Assembly (NCBI GenBank): GCA_965203675.1
Contig: CBDBDE010000002.1
Span: 1,151,028-1,215,027, forward strand
Direction of reading: 5' to 3'
Length of the DNA stretch: 64,000 nt
Origin: Dehalococcoidia bacterium
Lineage (GTDB): Bacteria > Chloroflexota > Dehalococcoidia > Lucifugimonadales > UBA3495
The position numbers and the translations under genes were made by a program. How positions within the stretch are numbered: the first letter of the stretch is position 1; every line of letters starts with the position of its first letter. Shown here one piece after another: positions 18,879-26,630 of this stretch. Below the pieces are notes generated by a model. It ran no database searches and had not been told where the DNA came from. It worked only from the letters and a program-made list of their open reading frames with translations.

Positions 18879-20196
18879 AGGTCTCTTCCTTCTCCAGGCC
18901 CCGCATGAATTGGAGGTATTCCCTGCGTGACATTGCGGGACGATGGCCGGCAACGATCTTTCCGCCGGCTTCGGCGCCGTCGGCCAGCAGGTCAACGACG
19001 GTGGCGGCGATGGACTTGGCCGCGGTGAGAACGGCCAGATTGTAGTCCCGGACGACGTAGTTGGCGCCGTGTCCCAGTCCGGTGGCGCCTCCGACGTAAG
19101 GGTGAATCGCGGGCATAATCTGGCTGATGTCGCCCATGTCGGTGGAACCCGTGCGGTGGGTGACCCGCCCCACGTTTTCCGGTCCAACGAGGGAGTTGGC
19201 GTTGAACCGGAACACTTCGTTCATGGTCTCATTCTGAGCCAGCGGCAGGTAGCCGGGGTGGGTCTGAATGTTTACCCTGGCCCCAACGGCCATCGCTCCG
19301 GCTCGCAGAGCCCGGTCAACCTTGGTGTTAGCGTCCATGATGGCGTCCACGGTCTTGCCGCGCACGAAGGTTTCCATCCTGACGTCGGCGGGGACGGCGC
19401 TAACCGCTTCGCCGCCGCGGGTAATGATGGGATGAACCCGGACGGTGTCGTCATCCCGGAAGGTCTCGCGGTTGTAGTGGATGGCGCTCAGGGCGAGGGT
19501 CGCCGCGTTGAGGGCGTTGATTCCGAGGTGGGGTGCGCCGCCGGCGTGGGAACCCTTTCCGACGAAGTGTATCTGCTTGGCCAGGGTTCCGTTGTTGGTC
19601 CCGCTGATGCAGAGCTGCCCCTCGCTCTCGTTGCTAGTGGTGTGGACCATCATCGACAGGTCCACATCGTCAAACTCCCCCAGCCGTATCATTTCAGGTT
19701 TACCACCGAGGAATTCCAGCTTGCCTTCCCGGCGCAGGCTGTCCCGGTATTCTATCTCGATGTACTCTTCCGCCGGCACGGCGACCAGCGCGATCCGCCC
19801 GCTCAGTTCCGTGAGCACAGAGGGCTGCATCAACGCGAGAGCCGCGCCGACCAACATTCCAATCTGGCAGTGGTGGCCGCAGGCGTGGGCTGCGCCGGTT
19901 GCGGCATCTGCATGGGGGTGTTCTTCGACTATGAGGGAGTCGAGCTCGCCGAGGATGGCCATGGTGGGGCCGGGGCTGCCGCCGGTCAGTTCGCCGCGGA
20001 CTCCGGTGATGGCCAGCCCGGACCGGAAGGGAATGCCCAGCTCGGCGAATTTGTCCGCGACGAGTTTGGCGGTCTTGACTTCGCGGAAACCGGGCTCCGG
20101 GTTGGCGAGGATGGTCTTGGAGATACCGATTATCTCCGCCGAGCGACGGTCGATTTCCTGGAAAGCTTGCTGTTTCAGTTCTTCCTTGGACGGCAC
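18865..20196 (-). CDS. M20-family amidohydrolase (AbgB/PM20D2-like), paralogue 2
   Basis: It is colinear with paralogue 1 (ANPEPGFREVKTAKLV, AHACGHHCQIGM, GKGSHAGGAPHLGINAL). GTG 20196 with a GGGAG RBS is preferred; ATG 20274 is possible. Confidence 0.8.
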   Translation of the reverse strand: MPSKEELKQQAFQEIDRRSAEIIGISKTILANPEPGFREVKTAKLVADKFAELGIPFRSGLAITGVRGELTGGSPGPTMAILGELDSLIVEEHPHADAATGAAHACGHHCQIGMLVGAALALMQPSVLTELSGRIALVAVPAEEYIEIEYRDSLRREGKLEFLGGKPEMIRLGEFDDVDLSMMVHTTSNESEGQLCISGTNNGTLAKQIHFVGKGSHAGGAPHLGINALNAATLALSAIHYNRETFRDDDTVRVHPIITRGGEAVSAVPADVRMETFVRGKTVDAIMDANTKVDRALRAGAMAVGARVNIQTHPGYLPLAQNETMNEVFRFNANSLVGPENVGRVTHRTGSTDMGDISQIMPAIHPYVGGATGLGHGANYVVRDYNLAVLTAAKSIAATVVDLLADGAEAGGKIVAGHRPAMSRREYLQFMRGLEKEETFDAD

Positions 20197-20479
20197 TGAC
20201 GCTCCCTTGAGGGTCTCTCTTGAAGGGCTGACGAGGTTGCGCCGAATTTTATCAGAGGGTGTGGCAAAAAACATCCCGGCAGGGCGTCGGCGGGGGAGTC
20301 TCCCACCGGACAAAGGGAGAGACGGACTGCCAATAGCTTATTCACGGCAATAGTTGACGACTGGATATATAGGTATCAAGCTGCGGTATCTGCATGGTGG
20401 TATCCTTCAATTGCGACAGCCTCGAATGCGATAGCCGAGGGAGTCGGCGGGGTGCGTTGTATAATGGGTGTCACCAGTC

Positions 20480-21616
20480 ATGAAAGTTGTTATCGCACCC
20501 CAAAGTTTCAAAGGCAGTCTCTATGCGCTGGAGGCGGCGGAAGCCATCCAGCGGGGCGTTCTGGAGGCGGACCCAACGGCGGAGACCGTCCTGGTCCCGG
20601 TGGCGGACGGCGGCGACGGCACGCTGGAAGCCCTGGTAAACGCGACGGGCGGGCAGATATTCCGGAGCATCGTTACCGGTCCGCTGGGCCAGGCGGTGGA
20701 GGCCCTCTGGGGAGTGATGGGGGACGGGCAAACCGCCGTCGTGGAAATGGCCCGCCCGTCCGGGTTGGCCCTGGTGCCGCCCAAGCGCCGCAACCCCCGG
20801 ACGGCCACCACCCGCGGCACCGGGGAAATCATCCGAGAGGCGTTGGACAAGGGGTTTGCCCGCATTATCGTCGGCCTGGGGGGCAGCGCAACCAACGACG
20901 GCGGGGCGGGCATGGCATCCGCTCTCGGAGCGAAGTTCCTGGACCGGAGGGGGCAGCAGCTTCCGCCGGGAGGCGCAGCCCTATCCCGCCTGGACCGCAT
21001 CGACGTTACCGGCCTGCACCAGGGGCTGGAAGGGGCGGCCATCATCGGCGCCACCGATGTCACCAATCCCCTGTGCGGACCGGAGGGAGCGTCAGCCATA
21101 TACGGGCCGCAGAAGGGCGCTTCAGCCAAGGTAGTTGCCGAGTTGGACGAGGCTTTGGGCAACTTCGCCAGCGTCGTGAAACGCGACGTTGGAATCGACG
21201 TTCTGGACACTCCGGGCGCGGGGGCGGCAGGCGGGCTGGGCGCGGGGCTGATGGCCTTTGCGGGCGCCGACCTGCGTTCGGGAATCGAGATGGTATGCGA
21301 AGTGCTGGAGTTCGACCGGCACCTGGAGGGAGCCGATCTCGTGATTACCGGCGAAGGGCGGGCCGATGAGTCCACCATCTACAACAAGGCGCCGGTGGGG
21401 GTTGCTCAACGCGCCCGCGCCAGGGGCGTTCCCACCGTGATCCTGGCAGGAAGCCTGGGACCCGGCCACGAGGCCCTGTACGACCACGGGGTAGCGGGGA
21501 TTGTTTGCATCGCCGACCGTCCGATGAGCTTTGACCGCAGCCTGGCGCGGACCGGGGAGCTTCTCCAGGGGGCGGCGGAGCGGACCATCCGGCTGATGCA
21601 GGGGACCCGGGGGTGA
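20480..21616 (+). CDS. Glycerate kinase
   Basis: MKVVIAPQSFKGSL, VADGGDGT, GGSATNDGGAGM, ITGEGRADESTIYNKAP. Confidence 0.85.
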   Translation: MKVVIAPQSFKGSLYALEAAEAIQRGVLEADPTAETVLVPVADGGDGTLEALVNATGGQIFRSIVTGPLGQAVEALWGVMGDGQTAVVEMARPSGLALVPPKRRNPRTATTRGTGEIIREALDKGFARIIVGLGGSATNDGGAGMASALGAKFLDRRGQQLPPGGAALSRLDRIDVTGLHQGLEGAAIIGATDVTNPLCGPEGASAIYGPQKGASAKVVAELDEALGNFASVVKRDVGIDVLDTPGAGAAGGLGAGLMAFAGADLRSGIEMVCEVLEFDRHLEGADLVITGEGRADESTIYNKAPVGVAQRARARGVPTVILAGSLGPGHEALYDHGVAGIVCIADRPMSFDRSLARTGELLQGAAERTIRLMQGTRG

Positions 21617-21639
21617 CCCGGTCGTAGATTTGGGCGGAG

Positions 21640-21900
21640 CTTGTTGGGTCGGAGGGTGTGGGAGACCGGGTTGTGGGGATGGCTGGTCTTGCGTTGTCCG
21701 GGGTGGTTCCCGGGAAGGCTGATGGGTCCCTGCCTCCGCAGGGACGACTGGGAGAGGGTTGGCTCCGGTTGGGGTGGCTGAGGGTAGGGTTGATGGGTCC
21801 CTGCCTCCGCAGGGACGACGGGGAGAGGGTTTGCTGCGGTTGCCGGCTTTGAGGGGAGGCTGAAGGGGGATTTGTGAAGGATTCGAGCGGACTTTATCCG
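21640..21900 (+). repeat. Intergenic array of B-type hairpin repeats (GGGTCCCTGC-CTCC-GCAGGGACGACGGGGAG) with conserved linkers
   Basis: B cores start at 21724 and 21795. The linker GGTTGGCTCCGGTTGGGGTGGCTGAGGGTAGG recurs at 23290-23400. Confidence 0.85.
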
Positions 21901-21952
21901 ATGACCTTGGCTCGTTCACCTTGCCCACCTGCCAGGGGCAATCGTTGTTGCG

Positions 21953-22402
21953 ATGATGAAGATATGGACGCTGGAGACTGAGCAGTGGCTGCCGCGTCCG
22001 AGGGAAGAGGTCTTCGATTTTTTCGCCGACGCCTTCAACCTGGAAAATATCACGCCGCCTTTGCTGGAGTTTCGGGTTGTGACTCCGCCACCCATCACCA
22101 TGAAGTTGGGGACGGTAATTGATTACCGGCTGAAGCTGCGGGGGATTCCCCTGAGGTGGCGGAGCGAGATTACGAGGTGGGAGCCGCCGGAGTTGTTTGT
22201 GGATGAGCAGCGGCGTGGGCCCTACCGTTTGTGGCGCCACTTGCACACGTTTGAGGAATCGGGAGGCGGAACCATTGCCCGCGACCACGTTGAGTATTCG
22301 GTGATCGGGGGAGCCATTGTGAGGAACTTGGTGGTGGCACCGGATTTGCGGAGGATTTTCGCCTACCGTCAGGAGAGGCTGGCGGAGTTGTTTTCCGGGT
22401 AG
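21953..22402 (+). CDS. SRPBCC-superfamily ligand-binding protein (COG4276-like)
   Basis: WLPRPREEVFDFFADAFNLENITPP, RWEPPELFVDEQRRGPYRLWRHLHTFEE. Length is about 150 aa. Confidence 0.6.
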   Translation: MMKIWTLETEQWLPRPREEVFDFFADAFNLENITPPLLEFRVVTPPPITMKLGTVIDYRLKLRGIPLRWRSEITRWEPPELFVDEQRRGPYRLWRHLHTFEESGGGTIARDHVEYSVIGGAIVRNLVVAPDLRRIFAYRQERLAELFSG

Positions 22403-22414
22403 AGGGGTGGGGTG

Positions 22415-22510
22415 GTTGGCTTTGCTCCGGTTGCCATTCCTGCGGGGAGGGTTAACGGGGGTCTGGATTCCCGCCAGCGCGGGAATGACGGGAGAGGTGG
22501 CGGGTGTGGG
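22415..22510 (+). repeat. A-type hairpin repeat copy (GGTCTGGATTCCCGC-CWGC-GCGGGAATGACGGGAG) with linker module
   Basis: The core is at 22459-22493. The upstream linker GCTCCGGTTGCCATTCCTGCGGGGAGGGTTAAC recurs at 29420-29460. Confidence 0.85.
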
Positions 22511-22660
22511 AGAGATGGTTGGGGGATAGCTAACGGGGTCCTAGCGGCGGAACGCTCTACGCAGTGGGCTGGCGAGAAAAAGAGTATGCGGGTTTTCGAT
22601 GACATTTGCTGGTTGTGACAACTGACTCACGCCGCTACCATCATCCTGGCTACTCCGATT

Positions 22661-22700
22661 GTGGTTACCCGGTTGGACTTGTGGTTACCCGGTTGGACAA
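22661..22700 (+). repeat. Perfect 19-of-20 bp tandem direct duplication just upstream of the GIY-YIG start
   Basis: TGTGGTTACCCGGTTGGAC(T) followed by TGTGGTTACCCGGTTGGAC(A). It ends 11 nt before ATG 22711. Confidence 0.9.
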
Positions 22701-22710
22701 AAGGACCCTG

Positions 22711-23001
22711 ATGCGCAAGAATCCCGCCGTCTACATGCTGGCCAGCGGCCGAAACGGAACCCTTTATGTAGGGGTGACGTCGAACCTAGCGGAAAGGGTC
22801 TGGCAGCACCGGAGCGGGTTTACCCCCGGATTTACCGGACGGTTCAGGGTGGACAACCTGGTGTGGTACGAGTTCCATGAGACGATGGAGCAGGCGATTG
22901 GCCGGGAGAAGGCGTTGAAGAAGTGGCACCGGGGTTGGAAGATTCGGGTAATCGAATTGTCGAATCCGGGGTGGGATGACCTGTTTCCTGACGTTTGCTG
23001 A
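22711..23001 (+). CDS. GIY-YIG nuclease family protein (UPF0213/YhbQ-like, 96 aa)
   Basis: AVYMLASGRNGTLYVGVTSNLAERVWQHRSG...GREKALKKW. This is the single-domain GIY-YIG fold. ATG 22711 was chosen. Confidence 0.8.
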   Translation: MRKNPAVYMLASGRNGTLYVGVTSNLAERVWQHRSGFTPGFTGRFRVDNLVWYEFHETMEQAIGREKALKKWHRGWKIRVIELSNPGWDDLFPDVC

Positions 23002-23004
23002 GGG

Positions 23005-23475
23005 GAGGGTTAACGGGGGTCTGGATTCCCGCCTGCGCGGGAATGACGGGAAAGAGGGTAGGCGGAGGGGACGTTGTTGAAGGGAGGGTTTACCGGGGTC
23101 TGGGCCCTCGCCTGCGCGGGGGTGACGGGAGAGATATTGGGTGTAGGGAACGGGATTGTGGGGAAGGATTTACCGGGGTCTGGATTCCCGCCTGCGCGGG
23201 AATGACGGGAGAAGTGTTGGGTGTGGGAGACAGGGTTGGGGGGAAGGATTTGCCGGGGTCTGGGTCCCTGCCTCCGCAGGGACGACGGGGGGGAGGGGTT
23301 GGCTCCGGTTGGGGTGGCTGAGGGTAGGTTTGATGGGTCCCTGCCTCCGCAGGGACGACGGGGAGGGGGTTTGCTCCGGTTGGGGTGGCTGAGGGTAGGT
23401 TTGATGGGTCCCTGCCTCCGCGGGGCGACGGGGGGAAGCAGGGACGACGGAGGGAGAAGGGGCGACGGGGAGGGG
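23005..23475 (+). repeat. Dense array of A-type and B-type hairpin repeats
   Basis: A cores start at 23019, 23108 (variant) and 23178. B cores start at 23262, 23335 and 23406, the last three with a 71-73 bp period and conserved linkers. Confidence 0.9.
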
Positions 23476-23480
23476 GTTGG

Positions 23481-23882
23481 CTAGGTTACGCGCTCGCGGA
23501 CGAAGTCGACGACTATCTGGGATAGTTCGATGGAGCGGTCGGCGTCGTCCCGGTCGAAGGCCTCGGAGGGGATTCCGCCGGGGAGGAAGCCGGGATAGCG
23601 GGTTATTTCGTAATACTTGTCCAGCTGGCGGGCCTCGCTTTTGACCGTGTCGAAGAACATCTCGAATATCTTGGCGTCTTCGCACAGGTCGTTCAGGGAA
23701 TGTCCCCACACGTCTTCGGCTCCCCGGTGGTAGAGGTAGGCTTTGACCGCTTTCTCCGCCGCCTGGTGCCCCAGGAAACAGGCCAGGTTGAACCGGCTGC
23801 CCTCCCGGTTGAAATCGGCGTCGTCGAGGTCCTGGATGGCTTGACGCAGCCAGCGGGCGCCCTCGGTTTCGTGATCAGGCAT
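23481..23882 (-). CDS. HEPN-domain protein (toxin-like partner of the MNT)
   Basis: [14 protein letters not shown]...[19 protein letters not shown]...GHSL. This is the HEPN helical pattern. It overlaps the upstream MNT gene by 8 nt. Confidence 0.75.
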   Translation of the reverse strand: MPDHETEGARWLRQAIQDLDDADFNREGSRFNLACFLGHQAAEKAVKAYLYHRGAEDVWGHSLNDLCEDAKIFEMFFDTVKSEARQLDKYYEITRYPGFLPGGIPSEAFDRDDADRSIELSQIVVDFVRERVT

Positions 23883-24216
23883 TGAATAACACGCGTCCTT
23901 TCCGGCACGCTGCGTTGAGGGCCGGCAACTCGTCCTGCAACCGTTCGAACTCGTCCGGGGTGTACACCAGGGTCTCGACGTGGACCATGCTGCCCAGGTG
24001 GTAGAAGAAGAAGTCCTCGCGCCGCCCGAAGGGACGGTCGGTGTCGTGGACGGCGATCAACTGTATCTTGCTTTCCGGGGTGTATTCCCCGGTGACCATG
24101 TCCCCGGTGAGAATGACTTTTTCCACGCCCAGGGTGGGCAGCAACTGCTCGATGTTCTGAAGCTCCTGCTCCAGCATCCGTTTTCGGAACTCGGTGAACC
24201 CGATCCGCACCGGCAT
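23875..24216 (-). CDS. Minimal nucleotidyltransferase (MNT) domain protein
   Basis: Its size of about 113 aa and its position immediately 5' of and overlapping a HEPN gene fit an [29 protein letters not shown] resembles a degenerate GS-x-DxD NTase core. Confidence 0.65.
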   Translation of the reverse strand: MPVRIGFTEFRKRMLEQELQNIEQLLPTLGVEKVILTGDMVTGEYTPESKIQLIAVHDTDRPFGRREDFFFYHLGSMVHVETLVYTPDEFERLQDELPALNAACRKGRVLFNA

Positions 24217-24239
24217 TTTCTACTCCTCGTTCAGGGACA

Positions 24240-24410
24240 CCTGGGCAATGGCTCGAGTGGCAGTTTGGCTGAACTGGCAGTTAACGGTCAACACGGTTCT
24301 GTGGGGAACAGACGACGGGGGTCTGGATTCCCGCCTTCGCGGGAATGACGGGAGGGGGCGCGGGAATGACGGGAAGAGAGGTGAAAGTATTGAGTCAGAC
24401 TTCATGCGAT
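24240..24410 (+). repeat. Composite dispersed element, copy 1 (left module + A hairpin + right module)
   Basis: Left module GGCAGTTTGGCTGAACTGGCAGTTAACGGTCAACACGG. A core at 24319-24353 plus a partial duplicate at 24358-24375. Right module GGTGAAAGTATTGAGTCAGACTTCATGCGATTA. Confidence 0.8.
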
Positions 24411-25159
24411 TACTCGTCCAGCAGTACCATGTGGACTTCCTTGGGCCCGTGAACGCCGATTACAATGGTCTGCTCAATATCGGCGGTGCGGCTGGGGCCG
24501 GTGATGAAGTTGAGATAGCTGCCCATATCGCCGCCTTTCTGGAAGTATTCCAGACGCCGCAGCAGGAAAAGGTCATCCAGGGATTCGACCACGTCGCCAG
24601 GACGGACCAAGGCAACGTGCACCGGCGGCACCAGCGAAACCAGCCGGCTCAACCCGGCCTGGGGCACCACCACCACCGATCCTGTTTCGGCCACGGCGTA
24701 GTCAACGCCGGTGACGCCCACGTCCGCGCGTATAATGCCCTGCCGCACTTCCTCCCGGTCACGGCTCTCTCCCATGACGGCCGTGGCTACCCCCAGGCCG
24801 GCGTTGCCCAAAGCCTCGTCGACCGGGACCTCGGAGAAAACATCCTGGCCGGAGCGGGCGATCTGTTTGGCTCCGACAGACTCGGCTAGGTCCACCACGA
24901 CGCCCACGGCGGCCTCGCCGCTGCTTGCCCGGTGGACGTTCCAGCCGCGCAAGGCGGCGGTCTCCGCCAGCCGGGAAACCAGTTTGCCGCGGGACTCCTT
25001 CAATCTATGATTGAGGTCAACCGAGCGGGCTTCCAGTTCCTCCAGGCCATCCCCGGCGCGGGGGGAAACTGGCTCAACCGACTCAAGCCCCGGCCGGCCC
25101 AGCGCCCGCCGGACGGAGGCGATGAAATCCGATTGGGACGTTCCGGGAAAGTGCGCCAC
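24410..25159 (-). CDS. lutC: Lactate utilization protein C (LUD domain)
   Basis: It is the third gene of a lutA-lutB-lutC arrangement and has an LUD-type C-terminus (GPSRTADIEQTIVIGVHGP). Confidence 0.75.
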   Translation of the reverse strand: MAHFPGTSQSDFIASVRRALGRPGLESVEPVSPRAGDGLEELEARSVDLNHRLKESRGKLVSRLAETAALRGWNVHRASSGEAAVGVVVDLAESVGAKQIARSGQDVFSEVPVDEALGNAGLGVATAVMGESRDREEVRQGIIRADVGVTGVDYAVAETGSVVVVPQAGLSRLVSLVPPVHVALVRPGDVVESLDDLFLLRRLEYFQKGGDMGSYLNFITGPSRTADIEQTIVIGVHGPKEVHMVLLDE

Positions 25160-25160
25160 G

Positions 25161-26630
25161 CTAACGGCCGTTCCGCCGGGGACTATCCAGTCCGGGGTTG
25201 GAAAGTTCCTGGTCCCATACGTCGCGAAAGCTGCGGGGCGGAATGGCGGGCAGGTCGCGGGACCGGCTCCAGCGGGAGAAGGGCGGGAAGGGAGCGCGGG
25301 CTATCCGGCCGCCCCTGGCGAAGGGCACCTGCAACAGCCGGGCGGCTTTCCTGCCCAGCGCCAGAAGGGCGGGGCGGGACATAACCGCGGCGAATCCCCG
25401 GGCGAGAAGGCGTTCCCGGCGGGTTACCGAGCGGACCTCCGGGGCCGGACTCTCCTTCAATTGGCCGCGCAGGTGCAGCAGCATCCGGGGGATGTTGATT
25501 TTAACCGGACATGCCTCGCGGCAGGCACCGCAAAGACTGGAAGCGAAGGGGAGGTCCTTGGCTTCCTTCAGACCCACCAGCTCGGGCGTCACTATTGACC
25601 CGATGGGGCCGGGGTAGACCCAGCCGTAGGCGTGTCCTCCGACCTTCTGGTAAACGGGGCAGATATTGAGGCAGGCCCCGCAACGGATGCAGTAAAGGGC
25701 TTCCCGCAGCTTGGGGTCGGCCAGCAGGCGGGACCGGCCGTTGTCCACGATGACGAGGTGAAACTCCTCCGGGCCATCCTCGTCGGCCTCGCGGCGCGGG
25801 CCGCTGACCATGCTCATGTAGCTGGTAATCCGCTGGCCCGTTGCGGACCGGGGCAGCAATCGGAGGAACAAGGCCAGGTTTTCCAGCGAGGGGATAACCT
25901 TCTCCATCCCGGCGATGCCGACATGGATGCGGGGCGCCGAGGTGCAGAGGCGCCCGTTTCCCTCGTTGGTGATGATGACGAGGCTACCGGTGTCGGCGAT
26001 GAGGAAGTTGGCGCCGCTGATCCCCATGTCCGCCGCCAGGAATTTATCCCGCAGGGCGACCCGGGCCACCCGGGCCATTTCCTCGATGTCGTCGTTGTAG
26101 GGAACGCCCAGCTTGTCGGCGAAGAGCTGGGCCACCTGCTCCTTGGTCTTGTGGAGGGCCGGCGCGACGAGGTGGGAAGGCGTTTCTCCCGCTAATTGGA
26201 TGATGTATTCGCCCAGGTCGGTCTCGTAGACCTCGACTCCGGCCGCTTCCAGGACGTGGTTGAGGTCCAGTTCCTCGGACACCATTGACTTGCCCTTGGT
26301 CACCACCTGGACGCCACGGGCCTGGACGATGCCGGAGACTAGGGCGTTGGCCTCGGCGGCGTCGACGGCGAAGTGGACCTGCCCGCCGTTGCGTTCCACG
26401 TTGCGGGACAGCATTTCCAGGTAATAGTCCAGGTGGTCGAGGGTGTGGGCCTTGACGGCGCGGGCCTCTTCGCGCCACGACTCCCACGTCTCGGGGGAGA
26501 CTTCCTCGATGGCTTCCCGCCGGGCCCCGTCGAAGCCGGTGCCAACCCTCTGCAACGCCCGCCGGAGCTGGGGGTCGCGGATGGATATGGAAGAGGCGGG
26601 GATGAAATCCCGGGTCTGGACCACGGGCAT
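25161..26630 (-). CDS. lutB: Lactate utilization protein B (4Fe-4S binding)
   Basis: CIRCGACLNICPVY and CGACREACPVKI ferredoxin motifs with an LUD domain. Its ATGA start overlaps the lutA stop. Confidence 0.85.
   Translation of the reverse strand: MPVVQTRDFIPASSISIRDPQLRRALQRVGTGFDGARREAIEEVSPETWESWREEARAVKAHTLDHLDYYLEMLSRNVERNGGQVHFAVDAAEANALVSGIVQARGVQVVTKGKSMVSEELDLNHVLEAAGVEVYETDLGEYIIQLAGETPSHLVAPALHKTKEQVAQLFADKLGVPYNDDIEEMARVARVALRDKFLAADMGISGANFLIADTGSLVIITNEGNGRLCTSAPRIHVGIAGMEKVIPSLENLALFLRLLPRSATGQRITSYMSMVSGPRREADEDGPEEFHLVIVDNGRSRLLADPKLREALYCIRCGACLNICPVYQKVGGHAYGWVYPGPIGSIVTPELVGLKEAKDLPFASSLCGACREACPVKINIPRMLLHLRGQLKESPAPEVRSVTRRERLLARGFAAVMSRPALLALGRKAARLLQVPFARGGRIARAPFPPFSRWSRSRDLPAIPPRSFRDVWDQELSNPGLDSPRRNGR

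Noticed and set aside
17517-19187. Long N-terminal extensions offered by the ORF track (17517..19187, 43687..45363, 34371..35852, 13254..13838, 1247..2029, 30285..30728, 53496..55703, 60136..61902, 62146..63219)
   Set aside because: The extensions are Pro/Arg/Gly-rich or run through repeats or the upstream gene. Internal starts with good Shine-Dalgarno sequences give proteins of canonical length that begin at the conserved N-terminal motifs.
20440-20482. TATAAT box at 20460-20465 as the promoter of a leaderless or short-leader glycerate kinase mRNA
   Set aside because: There is no acceptable -35 or properly spaced extended -10 element. A single hexamer match is too weak to call.
22995-23321. 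ORFs encoding VWIPACAGMTG / LDSRLRGNDG / SLPPQGRRG peptides (22995..23321, 23156..23392, 29506..29808, 52082..52291, 33879..34316 and their antisense partners)
   Set aside because: They are translations of the A/B hairpin repeats in intergenic DNA. The same nucleotide repeat is read in different frames in different ORFs.
23262-23440. Possible CRISPR array (regularly spaced ~28-bp palindromic repeats), and similarly at 29391-29784 and 21724-21823
   Set aside because: The sequences between the repeats are themselves conserved from unit to unit, so these are tandem repeats rather than unique spacers. Two different cores alternate, the period is irregular across loci, and no cas genes or leader are present.
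24240-24300. Conserved peptide-like strings across the composite-element left module (e.g. VLxVHxQFxQT on the minus strand, SGSLVKLPVNGQHD on the plus strand)
   Set aside because: A codon-by-codon comparison of the five copies shows substitutions spread equally over positions 1, 2 and 3. One copy has an in-frame stop. Conservation is therefore at the nucleotide level, not the protein level.
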